Virus record (IMG/VR): IMGVR_UViG_3300020433_000671
Coordinates: 1-64,000 of that record
Reading direction: 5' to 3' (one strand)
DNA length: 64,000 nucleotides
Source of the DNA: a virus
Shown here: positions 16,054 to 26,785 of the stretch, in pieces
Layout: every line of letters begins with the position of its first letter
How positions within the stretch are numbered: position 1 is the stretch's first letter
Made by a program: the position numbers and the translations under genes
Notes under the pieces: generated by a model
Databases searched by the model: none
Told to the model about the DNA's origin: nothing
Seen by the model: the letters and a program-made list of their open reading frames with translations, nothing else

Positions 16054-16753
16054 CATCCTCTGCCTCGTCGTGAATAACATGCTCATGCATGCCTCCCTCC
16101 AAGATTTCTAGTTTAGAAACTGGAACATGTTTTTCAATACCATGCTCAAAGAAAACGTCATAGTGTTGTACTACACCATTCTCATCAAGGTCATGCATTC
16201 CTTTGATACAATTACCAACACCAAACTCCTCATGTTTTACTTTTGATGCACAGTCATGCTTTTTCTTTTTCTTACTACCATATCCTTCACCCATCTCTTC
16301 TTTCTTCTTCTTCTTTTTCTTCATATCACCATCATGTGATCCTCCACAATTTTCTCCAAGAACCTCCAAGTTCTTATCGTAGTTAACATAATGCTCGTGT
16401 GGACCTTCTTGAATAATTTCTAATTCTTCTACAGGCACATTCTCCATAATAAAATTACCATCAGTAATATCATAATGAGTTACAGTACCATCTTCCAATA
16501 GTGTATGTGCTTCTGGAATTACATCATACTCTCTGTCTTCCATCTTAACTTTAGACGCACAAAGGTGAGTCTTCTTACCCATCGCCTTAGCAATAGTCTT
16601 ACGACGATTCAATAGATAAGAATCACTCTTATCTTTATCACCATCATTATCCATGTCACCATCTTCTTTACCGACAGGATCTAATTTTTTCTTTTCATAC
16701 ATTTGCACTTGTTTCAGTGCTTCCGAAAAATCGGGTAGTTCTCTAAGATTCAT
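16046..16753 (-). CDS. His-rich protein with a duplicated domain and EF-hand-like motif
   Basis: DGDMDNDGDKDKSD; two HxCASKVK...HYD...VPVxxLEI...HEH repeats. Confidence 0.8.
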   Translation of the reverse strand: MNLRELPDFSEALKQVQMYEKKKLDPVGKEDGDMDNDGDKDKSDSYLLNRRKTIAKAMGKKTHLCASKVKMEDREYDVIPEAHTLLEDGTVTHYDITDGNFIMENVPVEELEIIQEGPHEHYVNYDKNLEVLGENCGGSHDGDMKKKKKKKEEMGEGYGSKKKKKHDCASKVKHEEFGVGNCIKGMHDLDENGVVQHYDVFFEHGIEKHVPVSKLEILEGGMHEHVIHDEAEDDA

Positions 16754-16757
16754 GGTA

Positions 16758-17912
16758 CTATCTGTCCTTGTCCCTTTTATTTAGCTTACGAATGAATTCA
16801 CCTGGTGTTAATCTTTTCATATAATTGGCAAGTTTATCTGTACCAATCTCACCAGCAGGTTTATAATTAAAAAACTTAAGTTTATTTATTTCCACTAAGT
16901 CTTTTAACCAAGTACGAAAAAGATGATCAGACTCATCAATAGAGATGACGTAATTGCTACCACGACTAACAACTTTAGAAATGACTCCTGTATTATCGTT
17001 CTCGACATAAGATCCCACCTTAAATAAATTTGAATTGAAATATGCTTCACGAAGACCTTGAGGATCTAACTTAGGAGCAATCTCATACAGATCGTATGAT
17101 GCTTCAGCAAAATCATCAAACTCTTCTACTTGCATTGCTTGACGTAAAGTTGTATATAACTTTTCCGTGCCATCTTTACCTAAACTTTTTGTCATTCCTC
17201 GTTTAAAGGAATCAAAATCATCTTCTGCTGCTGCCTTACGAAGTTTAGATGCAGACATACCTTCTACACCTTCACCATCTGGGTCTCTTGCTCCCGCAGA
17301 AACTACATTGATCTCATCAAATGTGTATAGATCTCCATTGTATTTCTGTGCAAGACTATTAAACTCACTAACTCTATCACCACCCACTACCAAATTAACT
17401 GTGCTATATCCCTCAGAGTCAAGAGTGCTAAGAACATCAAAGATAGTTCTCATATCTTCATTGTTTTGAATAGCATTAGCATGATCAGGATATGCTTGCT
17501 TCATGAATCCAATTTTAGTTCCTGCATCAAGAGGATTCTTCTTAGGATCTTCAGATCTAGATGGATATATTCTATACTCTCCTCCACTAGATTTTGCCTG
17601 TTGAGCAACTCTATTTAAAAGTTTCTCATGTCCAACAGTAGGTGGATTAAATCTTCCAAATGTAACAGATATGCTACCTTGATCGACCTGACCCTCGCCA
17701 GCTCCCGTTTCTTCTCCTCCATTTTGCTGTGTTTGTGCTGCTGCCTGTTGACCAGACACCTTTACTAGTTTACCGTCCTTAGAAATGTGGGTGACGTTGC
17801 CATTTACATCGGCATACTTACCATACCCTACATGCTTAAGTTTTAATTTCTCTGCTTCTTTTGCAGCGAAGGATCTTTCGGCTTCAGTTAGGAAAGCACT
17901 GAACTTTTTCAT
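16758..17912 (-). CDS. Cytidyltransferase-like nucleotidyltransferase (HIGH superfamily)
   Basis: VTFGRFNPPTVGHEKL, VVGGDR, MSASKLR; N-terminus MKKFSAFLTEA. Confidence 0.88.
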   Translation of the reverse strand: MKKFSAFLTEAERSFAAKEAEKLKLKHVGYGKYADVNGNVTHISKDGKLVKVSGQQAAAQTQQNGGEETGAGEGQVDQGSISVTFGRFNPPTVGHEKLLNRVAQQAKSSGGEYRIYPSRSEDPKKNPLDAGTKIGFMKQAYPDHANAIQNNEDMRTIFDVLSTLDSEGYSTVNLVVGGDRVSEFNSLAQKYNGDLYTFDEINVVSAGARDPDGEGVEGMSASKLRKAAAEDDFDSFKRGMTKSLGKDGTEKLYTTLRQAMQVEEFDDFAEASYDLYEIAPKLDPQGLREAYFNSNLFKVGSYVENDNTGVISKVVSRGSNYVISIDESDHLFRTWLKDLVEINKLKFFNYKPAGEIGTDKLANYMKRLTPGEFIRKLNKRDKDR

Positions 17913-18813
17913 TCTGCCAATTCTTACTAAGGTTAAAGTTTGCTCTACTAAAAGTTAGTCTATCCACTATCTTGTAAGGATTGGTTGAAACCGTAACGAA
18001 CCCCTCATGTTGAGAAAGTTCTCCATCGATGTAACATTCAACATTTCCATTTACAACAATAGCACCGAGTAGACGCTGTTTCAGTTGGAAGATTTTATGC
18101 CATACCTTAAAGGTACTTACATTTACTTCTCCCTTATATTTAGCATCTAACGTATCATACATTTTTTGAGGATGCGGAAGTTTGCCTTGTCTTACGAATG
18201 AATTGATATGTTTTGCTATCTCAGTGCGGGATTGTGGAACCTTTGCAACCATGAGTGTAGGTAGTATCTTTGCTAGATGTCTCCATCCCAAGGGTGGTTC
18301 TACAGTAGCATTGTTAGTATCAACAAAGTAGCAACTAGAAGTGCTATCAAGACTAACTCCTATCTTACCTTCAGCAGTAGAACTGAGTTCTGTATACTCT
18401 GTATGTGGTGCTAGAATAATTTTTTCAGAAATCTTATGACCAAACTTATACTGAATAGTATTAGGACAATAAACATTCCCCCCACCGACACCGATCCAAT
18501 CAGCTTGGATAATACGATTGATGCGAGGAAGGTTATCAAGACATAACCTAAGAATGTCAGAGACAGTGCCTTGATGATTCTTATCAATGTCTTCATGACT
18601 GTAATTGATTTTGATTTTACGTTTGTTGAAGACGGACTTGGTGCCCACAAAGAACTTACCATTCTCAGGATTAGTACCAAACACTATGGCAGGAGCACCA
18701 TCCCATTTGACAGACAGTCTAGTAACTGTCACAAGTTCTTTGATGGCATCTATTGCAACCTTACGTCCTTGAAGGATTGAATCTTCTGGGTGTTCAAGGT
18801 GTTTGTTGGGCAT
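17884..18813 (-). CDS. Conserved phage protein with a ligase/nucleotidyltransferase-like KWDG motif
   Basis: MPNKHLEHPED...SVKWDGAPAIVFG...FFVGTKSVFN...HEGFV...KIVDRLTFS. Confidence 0.8.
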   Translation of the reverse strand: MPNKHLEHPEDSILQGRKVAIDAIKELVTVTRLSVKWDGAPAIVFGTNPENGKFFVGTKSVFNKRKIKINYSHEDIDKNHQGTVSDILRLCLDNLPRINRIIQADWIGVGGGNVYCPNTIQYKFGHKISEKIILAPHTEYTELSSTAEGKIGVSLDSTSSCYFVDTNNATVEPPLGWRHLAKILPTLMVAKVPQSRTEIAKHINSFVRQGKLPHPQKMYDTLDAKYKGEVNVSTFKVWHKIFQLKQRLLGAIVVNGNVECYIDGELSQHEGFVTVSTNPYKIVDRLTFSRANFNLSKNWQNEKVQCFPN

Positions 18814-18835
18814 CTCAACCGTTTCTGATACCCAT

Positions 18836-18892
18836 ATTATACTACATCCACACGCTGTTTTGGGTTTCATTGTGCCACTTTTCTTACTGGAG
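18836..18892 (-). promoter_or_regulatory. Promoter with upstream imperfect palindrome (copy 1)
   Basis: CTCCAGT-N6-AGTGGCAC, 30 nt, then TATAAT. Confidence 0.6.
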
Positions 18893-20278
18893 TTTCCAAT
18901 ACACAGACGACTTATCTGACTGTGAAGATGCGTACAAATATATTTCTTTTATGATCTGGTCAGAATCTTTATGAGAGGATACCCAATCTAAAAATTTTAA
19001 TCCAGTATATTTACTATACTTCCATGCTTGTTCTGCTGTTTTAATCCATGCCATGTCAGTTCCTTTATTCTTTAAACCCTTTGCTTTATATTTCACCAGT
19101 AACTTATATATTTCCTCATCTAACTTATTAGTCTTAGCTTTACTCCAAGTATCTGTTGCACCATACTCAGGTAGTGTGCCAAACTTACCATCCTTTAATA
19201 ATTCTTGTACTTTCTTACCTTGTATTTTACCTTGTGCAGCAGATTTACCTTTCAATTCTAACTTCCAATCACCTTTTGTAGGACCACCAAAGTTTCTTGC
19301 TTGAAATTTTTCAAAATTACCTGTGCCATAGTACACATAAACATCCATGGGATGACTATCACCTTTCCTACCATTATCGAATGTCAAATCATACTTTACA
19401 AAAGATGCTTTTTCGTTTGCTTTTCTTTCAGAGGGAGGTCTATCATTTAACAATTTCATATTAGGTCTACCTTCAATTTTTTTCAAAGATATACCAACTA
19501 ACTCCCCCTCTGCTCTCAATTGTAATAGAGCATTGTTTAAACAATCAATAGTAGTTTCTTTATCAAGATGTTTTTTTACTTTGGTCTTATCTTTCACCAT
19601 CCATATATCAGAAGGATTCCATTTATCTTCTGATGATAAGTTAGTTTGATTCTTCACTCTATTGAATGCATTCTTAACTGCACCATCATCAATAATAGAA
19701 TCACCTCTAACAAATGTCCATCCTTTACCACCTACCTTACCAAATATTGTATTAGCACCTGCCCAAGATGATTCTTGCCAATCTTTTCCTAGTGAAATAA
19801 TTTCACTTAACTTAGCAGTTACATCACAATATCTCATACCACATTTAAAATCCTCTTCAGTAAACGCTTTTTTCTTTTCTATATTAGGACAGTAATATCT
19901 CATAGCAGCATAGACACATTGTGCAGATTCTACTAGTGCAGTTTGTGCAGCACCACCACCAGATCCTTTACTATTTTCTGGTTTAACTTCTATTCTAATA
20001 ACTTGTTTTTCTCTTATCGGAATATCTAAGGCAGTGCCTTTTGTATTAGTTGTAATTCCTGGATATTTTTCATCTAATGCACCTTTTATATTTTCAACTG
20101 CTGCAAGTCTTTTTGTTTGAGGAACAAAAACTTTTAATGCTATCTGAACTTTCTTGGTTGAATCCTTGTCCTCTACATTCTTAACATCAAATAGGTAATA
20201 AGAATAATCATCACCCCCCAATGCCTGCATTACATCTTCAAAAGCAGTTCTGTTTATTGGGGGTATTGTTATTGCCAT
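18884..20278 (-). CDS. Putative PD-(D/E)xK nuclease
   Basis: KWNPSDIWMV...LVGISLKK; 464 aa. Confidence 0.65.
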   Translation of the reverse strand: MAITIPPINRTAFEDVMQALGGDDYSYYLFDVKNVEDKDSTKKVQIALKVFVPQTKRLAAVENIKGALDEKYPGITTNTKGTALDIPIREKQVIRIEVKPENSKGSGGGAAQTALVESAQCVYAAMRYYCPNIEKKKAFTEEDFKCGMRYCDVTAKLSEIISLGKDWQESSWAGANTIFGKVGGKGWTFVRGDSIIDDGAVKNAFNRVKNQTNLSSEDKWNPSDIWMVKDKTKVKKHLDKETTIDCLNNALLQLRAEGELVGISLKKIEGRPNMKLLNDRPPSERKANEKASFVKYDLTFDNGRKGDSHPMDVYVYYGTGNFEKFQARNFGGPTKGDWKLELKGKSAAQGKIQGKKVQELLKDGKFGTLPEYGATDTWSKAKTNKLDEEIYKLLVKYKAKGLKNKGTDMAWIKTAEQAWKYSKYTGLKFLDWVSSHKDSDQIIKEIYLYASSQSDKSSVYWKLQ

Positions 20279-20298
20279 TAGTCAGACACAGGTCTCCA

Positions 20299-20508
20299 CT
20301 AATATTTATTGTCTATATTATCATCTAATGCTTGTTCTGCATGTTCCAGTATAGGAACTATATGTATGATATTATCAATGTTAGCCATCATATCCGCAAT
20401 GTGCTTTGCAATGTATGGTTTTTCAGTACGTGCTGCAAATGATAATGCGTTACGTAGGTTCTGTTGTGCTTCCTTTAATGAAGTCTCTACTTGTTGGGAT
20501 AGTGCCAT
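20299..20508 (-). CDS. Hypothetical protein
   Basis: MALSQQVETSLKEAQQNLRNALSFAARTEKP... Confidence 0.75.
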   Translation of the reverse strand: MALSQQVETSLKEAQQNLRNALSFAARTEKPYIAKHIADMMANIDNIIHIVPILEHAEQALDDNIDNKY

Positions 20509-20677
20509 GATTGTCATTCCAATGTCTAATGTTACCTGCAACAATAAAACAGTTAGTGACTACTAACTGTATAAAAATAAAAGTTCTGATAACGCAGATA
20601 ATGTCATCATACTTTTTTGTTGTTTCATCTTGAAAAGATCCGAGTGCATACTTCCAGATCTTCCATGCCTCACTCAT
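20450..20677 (-). CDS. Small membrane protein
   Basis: WKIWKYALGSF...TNCFIVAGNIRHW. Confidence 0.75.
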   Translation of the reverse strand: MSEAWKIWKYALGSFQDETTKKYDDIICVIRTFIFIQLVVTNCFIVAGNIRHWNDNHGTIPTSRDFIKGSTTEPT

Positions 20678-20747
20678 ACCCAGTACTTATATAATGTAAA
20701 TATTACAAAGATTAGTACGATGGTAGCGATAGCACCCATTACATAAA

Positions 20748-21170
20748 TCAAATGTCTCCCTCCTTACGGTTTTCTGAATGATGAACGTCAAATTCTCCAA
20801 GAGGATATCTTGACTTCAACTTTTCTACATTCATTTCAATAATTTCATCGATTGTAGTGTCAAGTGACATACATGCTTGTGCAACATACCACATGATATC
20901 TCCAAGTTCCCTCTTCATATGAAAGATGTTATCTTCATTTACAGGTTTACCTTGGAAAACAATCTTCTTTACTACCTCAGTAAACTCACCACCCTCTGCA
21001 CATATACCAAGAGCAGCAGTTAGAAGTCTATGAACAGGAAGTCCATCACCACTTTCTTCTGATTGAATCTCAAAACATCTAGAATTAAACTCATCATAAT
21101 TCTTAGATGCTTCAGACGTTACTGCATTAACGAATTCCATATAGGCATCCGTATTTACTCGCTTAGTCAT
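20748..21170 (-). CDS. mazG: MazG-like NTP pyrophosphohydrolase
   Basis: GICAEGGEFTEVVKK...ELGDIMWY...NVEKLKSRYP. Confidence 0.93.
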   Translation of the reverse strand: MTKRVNTDAYMEFVNAVTSEASKNYDEFNSRCFEIQSEESGDGLPVHRLLTAALGICAEGGEFTEVVKKIVFQGKPVNEDNIFHMKRELGDIMWYVAQACMSLDTTIDEIIEMNVEKLKSRYPLGEFDVHHSENRKEGDI

Positions 21171-22533
21171 ACTTTAAATCTTGAAAAGTTTTCTTTGGTG
21201 TAAATTTATTTACCAAATCAATCTCAGGTTCACCAGAATCAACTAGATCTTTCTGAGCATCATCAATATCATACAACCTCATCTTTGATCTGTCAATACC
21301 TATACAAAATCTTTTATAAGAAGTAGGATCGTTGTATCTATTTTTCAATTGCTTTACCATGATTTGATTCATATCTTCCAACTCTTCTGTAGAAATAAGG
21401 GCAAACATAAGATCAGCAGTAGCAGGCAATCCAAAAGATTCAGAGGTGTCAGTGAGATCAACATCGCTACTACCGTAACCGCTACGAGTAGTTTGAGTGG
21501 CAGATATAATCGGAACGTTCGCCTCAACTGCGAGACCCCGTAATTCTTCTGCAATTGCTTTGACATAAGTGTAACTGTTAACAATGGATCCTTTGTACCT
21601 TTGAGAGGCACAAATGTTTAAATAATCTACAAATATAATATCAGGTTTAACAGATCTTTTGAGGGCAAGATCATTGATAAGAGATTTAAAGTGTCCAACA
21701 TGTGCAGACGCAGTAGGATACTCTTTAATAATTAATTTACCTTGAGTTTTTTTAGCAAGACTTGCAATCTTTTTTTCAAACATTATCTTCGGAAAATCCG
21801 AAAGTTTTTGAATGGGGATGTTGAGTAAATTTGCATCAATGCGTTCAGCGATTTTTTCCTCCGCCATTTCCAACGTGATGTAAAGGACATTTTTACCTTG
21901 AAGAAGGGCTGAGGAGGCACAGTGACACATAAACAAAGACTTGCCCACACCAGTACCAGCGAGTGCAATATTGAGAGTCTTGTTAGGAAGACCACCCTTC
22001 GTAATTTTATTGAAGAGAGATAGATCGAAAGGGATCTTATCTTCTTTACGATGATAGAAATCATACCTTGCTTCTGCATCTGAGACATAATCATGTCCTA
22101 CGTGCTGATCAAATGATACTCCAAGTGCTTCGGATAAAATTTGTGGAATAGCACCCTTATCTTTCTTAGAATCTTGACCATCAGCAATCTTAACACTCTC
22201 CATGAGAGATAGGTAGATTGCACGTTCTTGACACCACTTCTCAGTAGCATCTATCAACCAATCATGATCTGAAATATCATTAGAAAGAGTATTTAGAACA
22301 CCAATAACATCTTTAAATTGTTCCTCGGTTAAATCAGTTCTCTCCTGACACTCAATTCCTAAAGCATTAAGAGAAGGTAACGCATCATATTGACTAACAT
22401 ACTCATGTATCTCTAAGAAAATAATCTTATATTCACGAGCAGTAAAATACTCTGACTTGAGAAAAGGTAATACTTTTCTTGTATACTTTTCACTGTATAC
22501 TAGATTGCTAAGAATAGTTACTTCTAGATTCAT
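21163..22533 (-). CDS. gp41: Replicative DNA helicase
   Basis: Walker A AGTGVGKS, YITLEMAEE, VDYLNI, SESFGLPATAD. Confidence 0.97.
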   Translation of the reverse strand: MNLEVTILSNLVYSEKYTRKVLPFLKSEYFTAREYKIIFLEIHEYVSQYDALPSLNALGIECQERTDLTEEQFKDVIGVLNTLSNDISDHDWLIDATEKWCQERAIYLSLMESVKIADGQDSKKDKGAIPQILSEALGVSFDQHVGHDYVSDAEARYDFYHRKEDKIPFDLSLFNKITKGGLPNKTLNIALAGTGVGKSLFMCHCASSALLQGKNVLYITLEMAEEKIAERIDANLLNIPIQKLSDFPKIMFEKKIASLAKKTQGKLIIKEYPTASAHVGHFKSLINDLALKRSVKPDIIFVDYLNICASQRYKGSIVNSYTYVKAIAEELRGLAVEANVPIISATQTTRSGYGSSDVDLTDTSESFGLPATADLMFALISTEELEDMNQIMVKQLKNRYNDPTSYKRFCIGIDRSKMRLYDIDDAQKDLVDSGEPEIDLVNKFTPKKTFQDLKYD

Positions 22534-23153
22534 TACATGTAGTGAAGATAAGATCCAACAATATATTTTGTGCCTTTGGTAACTGGACGACCAGCATGAC
22601 GGTACATCCAGTTTGGAGGGAACATCAATATTCTAGCACACTTTGGATCAATTGCATGATTAATTTTTGGAAACTCTGTAGTTCCACCTTCCTCAACATC
22701 ATTCAAGTATAAGAAACATACTAAAAATCTACGAGCAGAATTGTGGTCTCCAACGTCAACATGATCTGCAAATTCATCAGTAGAATTTTCACGATATTTT
22801 TTAATCCTATACTCTTCAAATGAATATTTGGCAGGAAAGTCTGGACCTAGATCAACTTCATCTACATACCTACCAACAGATTCAATAAAATGATATTGAA
22901 TTTGTTTTTGTATACCCATCCATGCAACATCTCTTGCTGCATACCGTTTAGATATATTCATCTCGGTAAACGTAGGTCTTTGTGATCTATCGATGTATTC
23001 TTGATGCTCTTCTTGTGAATTAAATAATTCTATTATTTCTTCACAGAGTTCTTTATCGCAAATATCATCATAAGTTTTAATATAATCTGTAAGTCTTGTA
23101 AGAGAGGGTTTAACTAAATCTGATAATGAGACATTTAAAGGACTAACTTCCAT
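22533..23153 (-). CDS. 2OG-Fe(II) oxygenase
   Basis: HVD...[13 protein letters not shown]...FPP.W.Y.HAG...KY. Confidence 0.9.
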   Translation of the reverse strand: MEVSPLNVSLSDLVKPSLTRLTDYIKTYDDICDKELCEEIIELFNSQEEHQEYIDRSQRPTFTEMNISKRYAARDVAWMGIQKQIQYHFIESVGRYVDEVDLGPDFPAKYSFEEYRIKKYRENSTDEFADHVDVGDHNSARRFLVCFLYLNDVEEGGTTEFPKINHAIDPKCARILMFPPNWMYRHAGRPVTKGTKYIVGSYLHYM

Positions 23154-24153
23154 AACAAAACTCCTCTGCAGCAATTTCATCAAGTGCTTGCATCACTTCA
23201 GTGGTAAAATATGTTTCTGGTTCCTTAAGTATTTGTTTTGCATATACTTTTTTACCATTCATCTCATATCTACCTGCTACATTTTTCCAGAGTCCACCCT
23301 TCTCACCTAATTCTAACAATCCATAGTACTTGTCAAGACCTTTGTCAAAAAACAGACGTGTTTCAATTTGAGAATTTTCTTTAGTTAGTCTGGATTTGTG
23401 CGTTTTGCATTTGATAATATTTCCAACAATCTCCGTACCATCCTTTTCCTTCTTTTTTGATAGATATACAATTGTTGATGAAGCATACTTAAGTCCACTT
23501 CCACCTCCCATTTCTTTCGTAGGCACATAAGAACCAATCACATCATATGTATGATTAGTGACGAGCATTGGAACATTTGCTTTACCTAATTTTAACGTTA
23601 ATACACGAAAAGCACCCTTAATAAGTTGACTTTTAGTCATGTCACGTACCTGTTTATCTGCCGCAACATCTTGAATTTCTTTCTCTGTAGAAAGCATACC
23701 CAAAGAATCTAAAACAAACATTAAAGGTTGACGCTTTTCTTCAGATTGTTCTTCATATTTGTCTAAGATTCTACATGCTTGTGTTCTAAACTGTTCAATA
23801 GTAGAAACAGGAACAATCATCATGCGATCAGATGGAATACCACGATCCTCAATCATCTGCTTAGATATAGCAGACTCAGATTCAAAATAAATTACTCCAG
23901 CATCGGGATTAGATTCAAGGAAATGCTGAACAATCCCAAGACAAAAGAAAGTCTTGCCAGTAGAAGACTCACCAGCGATAGCGGTAATTTTATTTGAGGG
24001 AACTCCACCATAAATTGAACCGCTAACCAAAGCATTGAAAATATGACTACCAGTGTCAATGAAACTAGCAGTGTCTCCTGCTGAGACACCATCACTAACA
24101 AGTCCTGCATACTCATTGCCAATCTCCTTTGCTACATCTGTTAGAAAACTCAT
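23143..24153 (-). CDS. uvsX: RecA-like recombinase
   Basis: [26 protein letters not shown]. Confidence 0.97.
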   Translation of the reverse strand: MSFLTDVAKEIGNEYAGLVSDGVSAGDTASFIDTGSHIFNALVSGSIYGGVPSNKITAIAGESSTGKTFFCLGIVQHFLESNPDAGVIYFESESAISKQMIEDRGIPSDRMMIVPVSTIEQFRTQACRILDKYEEQSEEKRQPLMFVLDSLGMLSTEKEIQDVAADKQVRDMTKSQLIKGAFRVLTLKLGKANVPMLVTNHTYDVIGSYVPTKEMGGGSGLKYASSTIVYLSKKKEKDGTEIVGNIIKCKTHKSRLTKENSQIETRLFFDKGLDKYYGLLELGEKGGLWKNVAGRYEMNGKKVYAKQILKEPETYFTTEVMQALDEIAAEEFCYGS

Positions 24154-24302
24154 GGACTTTTTTTAAATAATTTTGTAATGTAATTAGAACGTTTCATGGC
24201 ACGTTCAAACCATTCTGCTTCTGATTTGTCGAAGAACTCTTTTTCATCTGGCACTGCACCAGCACCGAAAGCTTTTTGATATTCAACAATGTATGTGGTC
24301 AT
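24150..24302 (-). CDS. 50-aa hypothetical protein
   Basis: [50 protein letters not shown]; ATGA-coupled to gp43 and uvsX. Confidence 0.7.
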   Translation of the reverse strand: MTTYIVEYQKAFGAGAVPDEKEFFDKSEAEWFERAMKRSNYITKLFKKSP

Positions 24303-26785
24303 CCGAATAAAAATTCAAGGTTAGCAACTTTTTCTGGCTTCCATCCGATTGTATCCATAATAACTTTAATTGGTTCAAGAAAACTCTTGTTAAATTGTAA
24401 GTCATAATCCACCTGTTTGTCAAGTCCAAACTCACGAGGAAAAGTGTTCAAGAAACTGATTACATTTTCTCCGATTTTGTTGGGTGTTTTTAGATATACA
24501 AATTTAATCTTTTCGCCATCCTGTATTAAGGGATACTTATGTTTTAATTTGTTCTTCTTATTATGAAAGTTATAGAGCAATGCTCCTCTAACATGAATAG
24601 GTGTTCCTTTTGAATAAAGGGTAGCAGGATGTGCCCATTTATTTAGATTATTACATCCTCTCGGAAATGAGATATCTTCAATAGGTAATGATGTAAACTC
24701 TTCCCTAAAATTAGCAATAAATTTCTGTGCTGCATCTTCATCTTTGTTCATAATTACAGACATACAATCTCTAATTGCTGTGCGACAAGCAGCAGGAGTA
24801 GAAGACTTAACTGCCTCAATACCCATCATCTTAAGTTTAGGTTTCTCATAACGAACACCTTCACTATCCCACACATTAAGAATGTAACGTTTCTTAGCAG
24901 TCCATATACCCTTATTGGCAATGTTCTCCCTTTTCATGAACATCTTTTGCTCATAAGCACCTACGTACTCGGCCAATTCTTCGTAAGAACTCGTAATATA
25001 CTTCTCAAGTTCCATCTCACAGACCTTATTAAGGAACGAGACAATGCTCTTATCAGTTTTCTCTCTGCCCTTGTATACAGTGTCGACCAAAGGACCGAGA
25101 TTGAGGTAGATACTATCAGTATCACTAGCAATAACATAATCTTCCTCCTCTGTTTTAAGTATTTTATTCAAATAAGTATTCATTTTGTTTTCAATCCAAC
25201 GAATACTTACTTGTCCACTAAGTGTGATCGCTTCAGCGTTCGCAAGATTGTAGTACCTGAAGTATTGGTTACCGATAGCACCGTAGGCAGAATTAAGTTG
25301 AATCTTTCTTGCCATTTGGATGTTGTTGAACTTTGAGATATCTCTCTTGAGTTGCTCTGTTGGTTTCTTTTCATTTTCCTGTTTGGCGATAAGCATCTTC
25401 TTCTTATAGATTGTTCGCTCATCGTAAATTTTTTGCATGATTTTTGGTAGGAATCCATGAATATCCTTACGGTATTGAGCACCGTTAGCACATGTTGCGA
25501 ACTCAGGATCAATCTCTACATCTTGATTTAAGATCCTTTCAACGCTCGCACTGGGATGTCTAGTCTCCCTGAGGGTTTCTGGGGAGATATTGTACTGCAT
25601 AATAAGATGAGGATACAGACTATTGAGGTCAAAACTGACAACCCAATCATACTTTCCTGGAATCGGTTCTTTGACATAAGCACCTGCGTATTTTTCATCT
25701 TTTTTAGATCCCTTACGGGGTGGAACAACAATGTTCTTCTCACGTAGGTAATTGTAAATAATGGTATCCCACATACGAACCTGTGAATACACATCCTCAA
25801 AGTTTACCTTAGCATCATAAGACATAGTGATTGCTAGTTCTAGCAACTTCATCTTGTCTTCAAGACGGTCAATCAACTCAACGTCTTGGATGTTGTATTC
25901 CATGAACTTCTGCCAATCAGATGTATAGAAGTCCTTAAAGTTTTCATACTCACTGTGATCAACCTTACGTTGTCCTAATTCGACAAAAGCAATGTGATCA
26001 AGTCTGTAGGATTCTTGGTTACTATAAGTAAACTTACGGTAAAGGTCAAGGTAGTCAAGAATGTTGACCCCACTAATATCATAAGCATAGTTTTTACGTC
26101 CTTGGACATATACTTCCCTCTCATTTGCACGGTTCCATGGTGACAGACTCTTCATCCATTTCTCACCAAGGACTCTGTTTACACGTCTAGCAATGTATGG
26201 TACGTCATACAAATTAACATTCCATCCTGTAAGAATATCTGGAGTATTTTCAACCCACCAACCAAGAAAATGATTTAACATTTCTTTTTCATTCCAAAAG
26301 ATGTGAGTCTCTAGACCTTCTGGTGCTTCAAATTCACGAGTTGCCCAACAATAATACTTCTTAGTCACCATATCCTTAATGGTGATTGATAACATTTCTT
26401 CTGCTGCCTCTTCTACATTAGGGAATCCATTTTCGCATTGAACCTCAATGTCCATTGCATAGATTTTCATCTGATTGATACTGTAATCAATCTCATTAGG
26501 AAACTCTTGGGTAATAAACTGATATACAAATCGCTCATACCCATGTACTTTAAACCCATCAACATTCTCATACTGTGAGATAAACTCTCTTGCCTCTCGT
26601 GAAGATTCAAACTTAACTGGACGGACGTTATCTCCTTCAAGTGTTTTGTACTTCTCTTCTTTATTTGAAGTTACGAATAAAGTAGGACTAAAATGGGTAC
26701 GAGATTGAACTCTTTGTCCATCTTCGTACCCACGATATAGAATTGTATTACCTGCAAGTTGAACGTTGGTGTAGAACCTACTCAT
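24299..26785 (-). CDS. gp43: Family B DNA polymerase
   Basis: Exonuclease DIE, SFDLNSLYPH, KIQLNSAYGA, SDTDS; start MSRFYTNV. Confidence 0.98.
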   Translation of the reverse strand: MSRFYTNVQLAGNTILYRGYEDGQRVQSRTHFSPTLFVTSNKEEKYKTLEGDNVRPVKFESSREAREFISQYENVDGFKVHGYERFVYQFITQEFPNEIDYSINQMKIYAMDIEVQCENGFPNVEEAAEEMLSITIKDMVTKKYYCWATREFEAPEGLETHIFWNEKEMLNHFLGWWVENTPDILTGWNVNLYDVPYIARRVNRVLGEKWMKSLSPWNRANEREVYVQGRKNYAYDISGVNILDYLDLYRKFTYSNQESYRLDHIAFVELGQRKVDHSEYENFKDFYTSDWQKFMEYNIQDVELIDRLEDKMKLLELAITMSYDAKVNFEDVYSQVRMWDTIIYNYLREKNIVVPPRKGSKKDEKYAGAYVKEPIPGKYDWVVSFDLNSLYPHLIMQYNISPETLRETRHPSASVERILNQDVEIDPEFATCANGAQYRKDIHGFLPKIMQKIYDERTIYKKKMLIAKQENEKKPTEQLKRDISKFNNIQMARKIQLNSAYGAIGNQYFRYYNLANAEAITLSGQVSIRWIENKMNTYLNKILKTEEEDYVIASDTDSIYLNLGPLVDTVYKGREKTDKSIVSFLNKVCEMELEKYITSSYEELAEYVGAYEQKMFMKRENIANKGIWTAKKRYILNVWDSEGVRYEKPKLKMMGIEAVKSSTPAACRTAIRDCMSVIMNKDEDAAQKFIANFREEFTSLPIEDISFPRGCNNLNKWAHPATLYSKGTPIHVRGALLYNFHNKKNKLKHKYPLIQDGEKIKFVYLKTPNKIGENVISFLNTFPREFGLDKQVDYDLQFNKSFLEPIKVIMDTIGWKPEKVANLEFLFG

